From Cyanophora paradoxa CCMP329 (taxonomy: Eukaryota; Plantae; Glaucophyta), in contig QPMI01000477.1 of NCBI GenBank assembly GCA_004431415.1, positions 310,001-374,000 of the forward strand: a stretch of DNA of 64,000 bases, written 5' to 3'. Positions 1 to 10,279 of this stretch are shown piece by piece. The position numbers and the translations under genes were made by a program. The notes beneath the pieces were generated by a model. That model was not told where the DNA came from. It did no database searches and saw only the letters and a program-made list of their open reading frames with translations. Position 1 is the stretch's first letter; each line of letters begins with the position of its first letter.

Positions 1-1
1 C

Positions 2-142
2 AAAAAGCTCACTATAGCAGGGACACAGAAACTTTCTGAGGTTAATAGCCAGAGATGGTATAATGACTTTCAGACTACTAAGGAGTCATATACAGCCCCT
101 AAACCTCAGAGAACACTAAGAGAAAGGACCAAAACTAGCTAG
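2..142 (+). CDS. 3' end of an intronless ORF of the AT-rich element (KKLTIAGTQKLSEVNSQRWYNDFQTTKESYTAPKPQRTLRERTKTS*)
   Basis: Frame 2 is open from the window edge to TAG at 140-142. Too short to identify. Confidence 0.35.
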   Translation, partial: KKLTIAGTQKLSEVNSQRWYNDFQTTKESYTAPKPQRTLRERTKTS

Positions 143-398
143 TTTGCTAGGCGAAAACTCGTTTTTTCCAAATATATGTATGACTGATATACATATATGC
201 ACATGATATACACATAGTCTTGTAGATCTTATCAAGCGCTTCACAGCGATATGCAGAACGTTGCGTTTTGATGATCTGGTGATGAGATATAACAGTTTGA
301 AGATGCCGATTATCGATTTTTCAAAATTTCGGCGAGATTTCTAAAATGATGCATCATAATGATGTAATAATAATGATGCATCATAAACATATAATTAT

Positions 399-624
399 GT
401 CACGGTGACTTTATTTGTCACCGATGACTTAATTTATTTGTGTGATTGTGTCACCAGTGACTTTAATTTGTCACAGGTGACTCTATTTTTTTTGTGATTG
501 TGTCACCAGTGACTTAATTCCTTGTGTGATTTTGTCACCGGTGAGTTTAATTTGTCACCGATGACTTTAATTTGTCACGGTGAGTTTAATTTGTCACCGA
601 TGACTTTAATTTGTCACCGGTGAC
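399..624. repeat. Array of 10 palindromic GTCAC-N1-2-RTGAS units in T-rich linkers
   Basis: Units start at 399, 417, 450, 470, 502, 534, 554, 574, 593 and 613. The last five are spaced 19-20 bp apart. Confidence 0.9.
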
Positions 625-1144
625 TTATGATTATTATTATTAATATATATATATATACATAACAACAATGACGACATCGCCGTCATCGTCATGATCTCCC
701 GAGTCACATGGTGTGTCATATATATCATATACATACGTCAAATCATGATGACGTCATTGAATGAAACCCATACAAAACACTAAAACGCATGTATCTCTTC
801 ACCAACTCATCATCTGACAAAAACAAAAACAGATTCGGAATCCTCTTAACGAGGCCTGCGTGACGATGTAAGTATCATAGGCTCAATAATTCATTAATTT
901 GTAAGCATCTCCCCTTGATTCCCCCTATTATATTATATTTATATTTAAGTGGACTCAAGGTTGACTCATATTAATCGTAAAAGTAGTAATAGTATATGGA
1001 TTTTGTTACGAATTCAATGCAAGGGTTGACTAAGTGGGTTGAGTTGACTCAAATTTCACAGGAAATAACAATGAATCAGAGTATAAATGAATTTTTTGAA
1101 TCAACTACACCAACTAACACTGATATTTTCAACAATATATGAGG

Positions 1145-1450
1145 TCCTTACTGAATATGGTAAGTGTCACAGGTGTCACAGGTCTATCCCAAAGTTTTCT
1201 ATAGCATACAAATGAACTCTCAAAAGTTTGGGATGGACCTGTGACACCTGTGACACCTGTGACACTCGATTATTTCATTTGTTTATTCAATTAGAATTAC
1301 ATAGATTAGATTGAGACTGAGTTTTTCATTATAAAAGAGATCCTTACTGAATATGGTAAGTGTCACAGGTGTCACAGGTCTATCCCAAAGTTTCTCCTAT
1401 AAAGAGTAAATTTCCAAAAGTTTGGGATGGACCTGTGACACCTGTGACAC
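1145..1450. repeat. Two direct copies (1145-1265, 1341-1450) of an inverted-iteron hairpin unit
   Basis: Each copy reads TCCTTACTGAATATGGTAA-GTGTCACAGGTGTCACAGGTCTATCCCAAA-[AT-rich variable loop]-TTTGGGATGGACCTGTGACACCTGTGACAC. Confidence 0.9.
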
Positions 1451-1702
1451 CCAATTATTCATCAAATTCCTAAGGGTCCCCCCTTAGACTCATTAAAACA
1501 TGATAATAACATATCAATTTCATGTATAATTACGATTGGATTCAATAAGAGATCTATTTGTTTTATTAAACAAATGAATCTTATATGGATCTTAATCGAG
1601 TTAAGCGATATGTTTACGATTAAATGAATTAAATTTAATTAAATTTAATCGAGAAAGTACATGAATATAATATCGATTAAATCAATTAACAAAAAGACCA
1701 AT

Positions 1703-1987
1703 CACACATAGTAAAATGCGGAGTTTTAACCAGAGGCAAGATCTAATTGAGATTCAGTTATATTATTCGGAATTTTATACAGATTATCGATAGACTCAGT
1801 AAGAATAATCGGAAAATAAGAGAAATTTACGATAAAATATCGAAAAGAATACAAAATAATCGAAATAATTGAATATTCGATAAGATATACACAGATTATC
1901 GATTGATTGAAATAGAATATACGAGATATATCAACAAAATCAATTAAGATAAGCCGAGGGTTAAAACTCCGCATTTTACTATGTGTG
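1703..1987. repeat. Perfect 29-bp inverted repeat pair (1703-1731 / 1959-1987) around an A-rich spacer
   Basis: CACACATAGTAAAATGCGGAGTTTTAACC ... GGTTAAAACTCCGCATTTTACTATGTGTG. The flanks ACCAAT and CGACAG give no TSD. Confidence 0.9.
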
Positions 1988-3157
1988 CGACAGGCTATAG
2001 CTAGCTGCAGGCCCTCGGACACATGCACATGGCCTGCAGCTGATCATGACTCCGGGATCCGCGGCCCTGCGGCCCGGGCGGCCGCGGCCGTGATGCATAT
2101 GTGAGCCTGAGTCTGGCCCGTGCACGTGGCCCTGCAGGCTGCAGCTGGGAGCCTGGGACTGCCCGAATCGAAGTTGAAGTGCTGCGCTTGGCAGTTACAC
2201 CAGTCTTGCAGTTACGCCGCTTCGAATTCGAACGTTAACGTCGGCCGCTGCACCTGCCGCCGAGTCGGCGCCGACGCTCACGCTGATCATGAAGTGCGCT
2301 AGCACGCGAAGGCTGCTGATCGATCATGACGATCATGCCGCGTCGGACCTTATGCGTCAATTGCAAAAAGCGCAAAGCGGCCGGGCCATGGCCATGGCCG
2401 GCGCCAGGGCCGCGTACGCGTGCGGCTAACTTGAAGCTTGCAATTGGGCCCGAGGCTAACTAAGTAAGTAGCCGCAGGCCCGCAGCTGCAGCTGTGCCGC
2501 CTGTGCGCATGCGGGCCAGTGTGGATCATCGGATTGGAGCCTCACTGAGTCAGGCGGCCGCGGGCCTATAGCTAGGCCTGGCGACGTCGCTCGACTCGCG
2601 ATCGGCGACTCGCTACCTGTACATGTGCCGGCGCGCCGCTGTGCCGCTGTCCGACGGTCACGGCGCCGGCGCTGGACATGTGCGGCTAGCGCTGCGCCGC
2701 GGTGCGCGCGGCTGTGCCGGCTGCAACTGCGCAGCCTGTCGACGTCGCGCGCTAAACTTGAAAGCTTGCTATAGCTAGAACTTCGGAAGCAGCTCAGCGG
2801 CTGGAGCCTGGAAGCTTTAAGCCTGCTGCACAGCCTGGCAGCCTTGACTACGCGAACCACCGGTACGTACTGCTGCCGTATACTGTGAATCGAGCCTGTC
2901 ACAGGCTGTGAAACTGCTGCCGGCGCCTGCCGCTAGTAACAGTAGTACAATGAACTATAGTACCTTTTCACCACAGTACCAGGCCAGGCTGGGAAATTGC
3001 AACTCGGCGGCCGACGCTTACCTTTTGCTGCCAAATTTGACATTTGGGACCTGCGAACTACGGCTGGTCTGAGCTTGGAGAAGCAAAAAAATGCCACTGG
3101 AAACCTTGCCCAATGGTATATTTGTCCATTTCATTTGTTGAGTAGTAAAACAACATT

Positions 3158-3399
3158 CACAGCTCGTTTTTTTTACCGGTCGACCCGACACGGCCGAAAT
3201 CCGGTTTTTGACCAATTTCCCCTCGGGTGTTCGGAATTCCCCGGCGCAAGCTAGTGCATTCTACCCGGTAGCTTGCCGGCTACAAGCTGTTGCGAGGAGA
3301 CTAGCCGTTCTGCGACGGGTGAAAAGTTATCGCGATCGCCGGCTACCCTTGCCCATACAACGGGCATGTCGAGTCGATTAGGAAAAAAAACGAGCTGTG
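3158..3399. mobile_element. CACAG-terminal MITE (CMC/CACTA-like) with a 3-bp TSD (ATT)
   Basis: TIR CACAGCTCGTTTTTTTT...AAAAAAAACGAGCTGTG flanked by ATT/ATT. The empty site AAC-ATT-CGG is present in the paralogous copy near 10500. Confidence 0.85.
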
Positions 3400-3672
3400 A
3401 TTCGGTTCCAGCCCGCATAGTACTGTGGTTTCGTGTACCCATGGGACCCTTTCGCTGGCGGAAAACGCCAATCGTTTACTACAGCGAGTCGAGTCAAAAA
3501 GCTTCAGTCTGAAACTCGGGCGATTTCGTGATTGGTCAATTTAAATCAAATTGGCTGGGTATGTCATAATTGCTTACTACGGCGAGTCGAGTCAAAAAGC
3601 CCCATGCAGTCGGAAACTCGAGCGATTTCGTGATTGGTCAATTTAAATCGATGGACTTATATATATATAGCT

Positions 3673-3962
3673 CACAGCTCGTTTTTTTTAACCGGTCGAC
3701 CCAAGTTCACCCAACACGGCTGAAAACCGGTTAAAATGAAATCGCTCTTCGGCTACATATGCATGGGTTGGCTGGGAACGCGGGCGCCGGCTAGCCCGGC
3801 TAGCACTTATCTACCCGGAAGCTTGCCGGCTACACGCTGACGTTGGCGCACTAGCCGGCTCGAAGCGGGTGAAAAGTTATCGCGATCGCCGGCTGCCCTA
3901 GGCCTTGCCCATACGTATACAACGGGCATGTCGAGTCGATTGGGAAAACAAAACGAGCTGTG
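3673..3962. mobile_element. CACAG-terminal MITE, second family member
   Basis: Same TIR and homologous interior as 3158-3399. Flanked by CT/CT. Duplicated at 10773-11062. Confidence 0.8.
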
Positions 3963-4886
3963 CTGTACGGTCTGTACCCAGCTAGCAAGCGGGGGGGTGC
4001 GGGGGGGCGGAGCCCCCCTGCTTGTATATATATACGCGATCTCGACTCAAGCCTGAGCCTGTGAATCGCGATGGATGGGGAGGGTATCGGTTAATAACGT
4101 TTTCATTGTCGACGTCAAAAAAAGCGTCATGGGGGTATCGTCGCTAGAGGGCCGCCGCCGGCCCGGCGGGGCCGGGGCCCGGGGCCGGCGACGGCGAGCG
4201 TCGACCGTCGGACTCGCGAGTCGCGATCGGCAACCGTTGAACGGCGACGACGGCCCTGGCCATGGCCCCGAGCCCCGAGTCCCGCGGCCGATCCCGATTC
4301 CCGACGTCGACGTCGACGTCGACGCCCCCAGATAAAATCTAGACCTTTGATATCGATCGAACTTTGAAAGCAGTGCCTGATGTATCAGTGATATATATCG
4401 GTATCGATGATGACGCACCTCACCGATCATGACGCACCACCCCTCACGCCTCACGCCTCACCGGCCACAGTCTCTAGACATGTACACCAGCACTAGTACT
4501 GCGGGGGCTGCCCAGGGGGCGCAGAGACAAAGAGCAAGAGAACTATAGCTAAGACAAGAGCACGAAGAAAGATAAGACAAAGAGCCAAAATCGACAATAA
4601 AAGAGGAAAGACACAGAGCTCGAGCTCGAAGGAGATGAAGCAGATGGCTGTGTATGTTGTCTTGAAATATTGTCCCACTTCCTACGCAGGGTTCGCCTCA
4701 CCGTATATACGTAGGTAGCTCGGAAAAGCACTTAAATATAGTACGGAAGAAAAATCCAAAGCACTATCGCGAATCCAAAGCACTTAAATATAGTAAAGAA
4801 AGCTCTTGTAGATTTACTTTTGTAATTATATTGTCTCCGAGAAACGAAAGCGGAAACCTCACTAGAAGGCCTTCAGACGTCCTCCA

Positions 4887-7800
4887 TCACGATTTGTGGG
4901 CGCGGCGGTCGGCCTTGCCGCCGCCGCCGCCGCCGGCGGGCGCGGCGCCGAGGCGCTCGCGGCAGGCCGCGATCGCCTCCCCCAGGTCGACGATCCGCCG
5001 CTGCCGCGGGGAGAAGTACGCCTGCGCCGAAAGGCGCCCGTCGGCGAGAGATGCGCGCGGGTGGATCCGGCGGGACGTGCGGCAGACGGGGGTACCGGGA
5101 AGCGGTCGTAGAGGTCCCTCTTGGCGCGCTCGAGGCACGCGAGGGCCTTGGCCCACGCCCCGTACCCCATGTGCGCCACCGCCAGCTGCGCGCGCGCGGG
5201 GCGCCGGCGTCGGCGCGGGCGCTGGGGCCGGGCGCGACGCCGCAGCTGCGGGCCGACCTGGTAGGTCATGTGGCCCTCGATGAAGGGCGCGATGGACTTG
5301 GGCAGGAGGCGGAAGCGGCGGGTCAGGGCCAGAGCCCAAGAGTTGGCCTGCGCGGCGGAGGGCGCGCGGCGCCGGCCGTCAGCTGGTTCTCGGATCCGCC
5401 CGCCGGGCACGCGGGCGAACCTGCGCGAAGTCCTCCGCCGTGTAGGCCTTGCTCAGTCGCCCGGGGCGGACCTTGCCCGCGACGAAGAGCGACTGCGCGC
5501 AGGTGACCTGCGGGAAAGGATGCGATCCCGGGGGGGGTACAGGGACGGACCGACATGCTGCGGCCGTACCACAACAAATCCATATGCTGCCGGAGACAGA
5601 GGCGATGAGATGTCCGGGGCGCGGGGCGGGCGGGGGTGGGGGTGCGGTTGAGAGGGCCGGGGGAGGGGGGGGGGGGGGGGGGGGGGCGAGGGGGGGGGGG
5701 GGGAGGGGGGGCTGCGCTTGCCGGCTCCGAGTGCCGCCGCAGGCGCTGCATGATCGCCGTCATCCGCCGCGCGTGCTGCGCGCGCGTCAGTCTCCTCGGG
5801 TGACGGGAAAGAGAAGAAGCCCGGTCGCGGGGCGCCGGCGGGGCGGCCCGGTCGCGGGGCGGGGCGGGCCGCGACGCCGTGGCGCACCCTCACAAGGCCG
5901 GCGAGGTCGCCCCCGTGGAAGCAGGCGTGCGCGATCGTCAGCTCGAACCGGTCCGCTGTCACCCTGCGCCCGGCCACGCGCGGTCAGAGAGAGAGATCTA
6001 GAGACTCTGCAGAGCTCGCGCCGGCCGCGGCGGGTCGGGAGCGGGGCGCTCGCACCGGTACTCGTTGGGGAGCGTCTCGAGGACGGCGACGGCGCGCTGG
6101 AGCATGCCGGTCGTGTCGCGCGCACGCCCGAAGAAGAACGTGTTGTGCGCTGCGGGCGGACTCGAGACTTTAGGACAGAACGGCTGGACGCGCGGCGGCG
6201 GAGCGCGAGTCTGGATCAGGTAGAGGGTTCGACAGACGACTATATAGGGGCGCGCTGGAGCGGGCGGGGCGGGACATTGTCACTCAGGCTAGGAGCGCTT
6301 AATCTTTCCGGAGGAGAAGAGAGTGCGGGGCGGGGCGGGGCGGGGCGGCCGGGCGGGGCGGACCGATGGCGCGGAGGACTCGGACTTCGTTGAAGCGGTC
6401 CGCCGGCTCCGCGCTCGTGAAGAAGTACATCTGCACGGGCGGCGCAGCTGCTGCGTCAGTCCAGGTGCGACGCGTCATATGTCGCGCGTATCGTTGACCC
6501 GCTTTGGCTTCGCGCATTCGAAGTCGAACCTCGCCGCGCGCCCTAGTACGTAATCGCCCCTATCGGCCCGGCCGGCCCCTCGTCTCACCTTGTCGTACAC
6601 GGTCTGGACGTCCTCGTAGCGGGCGGGGTCCCGCACTGCGCGGCGCGCGCGCGCGGGCGTCAGAGGGGCGCGCGGCAGCCTCAGCCTCAGCCGCCGCTGC
6701 GCACCGAGGGCCTCGCCGAGCTCGATGAGGATGTCCGCCTCGAGCCGCGAGGGCGTACCCCCCGCCCGGATCACCTGTGGCGCCGCCACCCCCGCCCGTG
6801 ACGTGAGGCCCGCCCAGAGCTGACGCGCGGGGCCCGCGCCCGGCCGCGCACCTGGCTCCACGCGGTGAAGTCTGCGGGAGGGCAGGCCCCGCGAGCGTCA
6901 GAGCGGCGAGGACAGGAAGGGAGAGAGGGCAAGGGGTGTGTGATGCAAAAGCGGCAGGCCGGGGCGCACAGAGGTCGATCGCCTCGTTGATTTCGAAAAA
7001 CTGCCGGCGCGGCCGGCGGCAGGGGCGGTCAGGCGCCGGGCGGGCGGACGGAGCGGCCGGCGGGGCGCCGGCGCGCGGAGGTGCGGGCGCACGAGGAGGT
7101 GGCCGAAGGCGCGGCGGGCGGTCGCGCGGGCCGCCAGCAGCGGCTCCGCCGCCCCGTGCGGCTTCACCGCCTCCGCCGCCTGCCCGCAAGTGAGCGGAGC
7201 GGCGGGGCGGAGCGGAAGGGCGGAGGGGCGTGGGCGGACCTTGTCGAGGAGGGCGAAGACGTAGTCGCGGCTCACGGGCAGCAGGTCCGGAGGCAGCACG
7301 TGCATCTACGGACACGCATATGGTCGGGCGCGCGTGCGCAGAGAGGAGCCTCGGGCCCCAGCGAGATCTAGATCTAGATCTAGATATAGATGGAAGCTGG
7401 AGGGCGGACCGGGCCGGTAGCGACGGCGATGCAGTGCCAGCAGTGCTCCGCCATCAGCGCCGCGTCCGCCCTGCGGCCGGCGCGGCGTCAGCGGCGCGGC
7501 GCGCGCCCCTTGCAGGCCGTGGCAGCGGGGCGCGCACAGCGGCGCGAAGAAGTCGGCGTGGGCGCTCGTGAGCGCGTCGTGCCACGCCGCGTACACGCCC
7601 TCCACCTGCCGCCGGCCGCGCCCACGTCGGCGGCGGACGAGAGGCGCACGGGGCGGGGGGGTACGGGCTCGACGCACGAGGTGGGGGCTGCCCGAGAGCC
7701 TCAGGTCCTCGAGGTACCCCCGGAGGCGCCCGCGGCCCTCCTCGTCGGCGAAGAGGGGGGTATCGAATACCTCGGGCAGGGAGAGGGCCGCGGCGAGGTC

Positions 7801-9267
7801 CCCGCAGGCGCGGACGAGGCGCGTGGGGGCGGCCCACGAGGCGTCCACGGGGTGCCGCGCCCCCACCTGGCCCCGGAATCACTCCGACGGGACTCGAACC
7901 CGGGACGGGCGGAGACGGGGCGCGGACCTCGCTCGCCACCGCCCGCAGCGCCTCCGCCGCCGCCGCGACGCATTTGACGGACTCTTCCCGCGCCGCCTCG
8001 CTCCCATGGCGGAAGGGCGGGGGAAGGTGCGCCGGCGGCGGCGGCGAGCGCCGCCGGCCCAGCCCCCCGCTCGAGGGCCGCCGTCGCCGCGCCGCCGGCC
8101 CGCCGCCGTCGTCGTCGGCCCTGCGCGCCCGCCCGCACGTTCGGCGGCGGCGGCGGCGGCGGGCGGCGGCGGGCGGGCGGGGGCGGCGGCGCACGTCAGC
8201 GTGGTGCCCGCGTCGCAGTTTGAGTCCGCCGACGGCGGCCTGCGCCCCGCCGTGAGCCGCGGGCGGGAGGCGGGGGCGGCGGGGAGGCGGCCGGCGCGCC
8301 TGGTTTGGATCGCGGGCGCGGCCGGCTCGGCGGCCACCACCGCCCGAGGCGCTGGAACGCGTCGATGAGCGCCGCGTCCTCCTCGCCGGCCGCCGCTCCT
8401 TCGCCGAGCCCCCGCCGACTCTTGCCGCTGCGCGCGCCGCCCGCGTGAGCCTCGCGCGGCGCCGGCGCCGGCGGGCGGCCCGGAGCCAGGGCGGGGCGGG
8501 GCGCGCCTCGTCCAGGGCCGCTTCTGGTTCGGTGGCGCGGGGCGGGGCGCGACCCGAACGGTGATGAGCCCGACCGGCGTCCCGTCCGGGCCCCCAACGA
8601 GCAGCCTGCGGCCGCCCCGTTGGGCCCGGCGGCGCCCCTGGCGGCGCGGGGCGGGACGCACCGCAGCGTCTCCGTCTCCGCCAGGGGCGAAGCCGGGTCG
8701 GGGTTGGCCGGGACTGCGCGCGCGGCGGCCGGTCAGCAGCTGCAGGCGCGGAGCGCAGGTCCCACCAGCGGCGCACTGATGCAGAAGCGCTCATCGCAGA
8801 CGCCGCCGTCGCCCACGGTGAGGCCGATCCGCGGCCGCGCGACCCCGTACGGCTCCGCCCCCGCCGGCGTCGCGAGCGCGAGCGCCGTGCTCGGCCCTGC
8901 GGCCGCGGGCGTCGGCGGGGAGCGCCGCGCCAGAAGCGGGGAGGGCACACACCGGCGGGCTCAATGTGCAGCTGCAGCGCGCGCCGGGCCGGGGGCCCTT
9001 GCTCGGGACTCGAGTCGGGAGTGGTCCCGGGCGTTGAGGTGGGCGAGCCCGCACACAAAGCAACCCTGTACCGCCTCCCGACAACGAGGTTGAAGTCAGC
9101 GCCGCTGCCCGCAGGCGCACGCTCGGCGAGAGGAGGCCGCGGTAGGACTTGGTTCTGCCCGCCCGTACGCGTCTGCGTGAGCGCAGAAAAGGGCGAAAGC
9201 AAGAGATACCACGCACGCGCGATGTCCGGATCACGCGGCCCTGGTCGTGTAGGATCTCCAGCTGCAT
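4887..9267 (-). CDS. Multi-exon hypothetical protein with predicted helical/TPR-like C-terminal region, copy 1
   Basis: Exon peptides MQLEILHDQGRVIRTS, LPEVFDTPLFADEEGRGRLRGYLEDL, FFEINEAIDL, LPKSIAPFIEGHMTYQ and LAVAHMGYGAWAKALACLERAK are separated by short introns. Exons are conserved with copy 2 while introns diverge. Confidence 0.7.
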
Positions 9268-10279
9268 GTTTTCCGGCGCACCGCCCGCCCACCGCGCCCC
9301 GCCGGCGCCACGCCCGCCTTCAAGCTCACTGACCGCCGCCCGCAGCGCCCCGCCGGCAGTAGTACAGCTACGAAGACACAGCTACAGCTCTTTCTCGACC
9401 TCGCTTCGTCGGGTGCAGCGCGGCCGACCGTGGGGCGCGTATGTGATTCCGCATGCAAATGTACGTGGCGACCGGCGACCGCGCCTGCTCTCTGCAACTG
9501 TGGCTACTGCAGTCTATGGCCGCAGCTATAACGGCAAGTTCGTCGTCAACTCACGAAATTGACACGAATGCGAAAAGCACATCCTGACATGATCGATATC
9601 CTGTGCGACTCACTGTAACAGTGCGAGAGAGTGCGAGAGAGAGGCTCAGAGAGCGTTATCCATCATAATCCATGCGGGCCTGCGGAACTTAGGGGCAACT
9701 TACTAAGTTAGTCAGTGGCCAGCGGGTCACTGCTGCGCCGCAGACTAGGGCCGCAGTGCGGGTGGCACTGCGGCAGCGGCCCGGCCGGCGCCCGGCGGCC
9801 GGCGCCGCCCCGGCCCGCCCGGCGGCCGATCGCGAACAGCTGGCTGGCTGGTTTTGGACTTTAAGGCTGGCCCAGCCGCCCGATTTGCTGACCAGCCGGC
9901 CCTGAGCCGGGCCAGCCATTTTCGGCTTTATTGGGCGGCCAGCCGGTCGGCGACACTGGCTGGGGGGGGCCGGGGTCGGCTCCAGGCTAGGAGTGGGGCT
10001 TGAGGGGGTGGCTTGATAAGATCTACAGCTTATAATTATATTCTTAACAGTGGACAATAAAACAGTTATAAGAGCGCTTCCAAGACACCAATTTCATAAA
10101 ACAACGGGGACTCTCAGAGTCTGCGGCTGGTCGGCTGGCCAGCTGGCCTAGCCGAGTCTTCGGCTTCTAGCTGGAGGCTGGTTGCCAGCTGGCCGGCTGG
10201 CCGGGCCGCTGGCTGTGTTTCGGCGGCTTGGGCTGGCCCGCTGGCCGATGGGAGGGCAGACTGGCCAGTGCCCTACTCC

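Larger units (their letters stand above)
1..1987. mobile_element. Right end of an AT-rich foreign element (endogenous virus, Polinton-like element or large DNA transposon); continues left of the window
   Basis: Strongly AT-rich sequence switches abruptly to GC-rich host DNA right after ...TACTATGTGTG (1987). It contains iteron-like arrays, hairpins and a terminal inverted repeat. No hallmark gene lies inside the window, so the class is inferred. Confidence 0.6.
2935..4026 (+). mobile_element. Non-autonomous dispersed element, copy 1 (Helitron/Helentron-like 3' end)
   Basis: Near-identical to 10280-11128, with sharp ends in unrelated flanks. Ends in a GGGGGGC-GGA-GCCCCCC hairpin followed by TGCTTGTA. 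Has an internal ~75-bp tandem duplication and no TIR or TSD. Confidence 0.55.

Noticed and set aside
399-624. CRISPR array
   Set aside because: Repeats are only 11-12 bp, linkers are short and similar to each other (no unique spacers), there are no cas genes, and the context is eukaryotic.
1726-2028. 100-aa hydrophobic ORF
   Set aside because: It crosses the element/host boundary and the inverted repeat. Its Ile/Phe/Tyr richness is an artefact of the T-rich strand.
7876-7908. tRNA gene (minus-strand CCGGGTTCGAGTCCCG T-arm/B-box; also ~16338-16367)
   Set aside because: Only a T-arm-like piece inside an intron. No D-arm, anticodon arm or matching acceptor 5' strand.
9690-10275. hAT-like element (TAGGG...CCCTA ends, CCAGCC-rich interior)
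   Set aside because: Terminal matches are too short and no 8-bp TSD was found.
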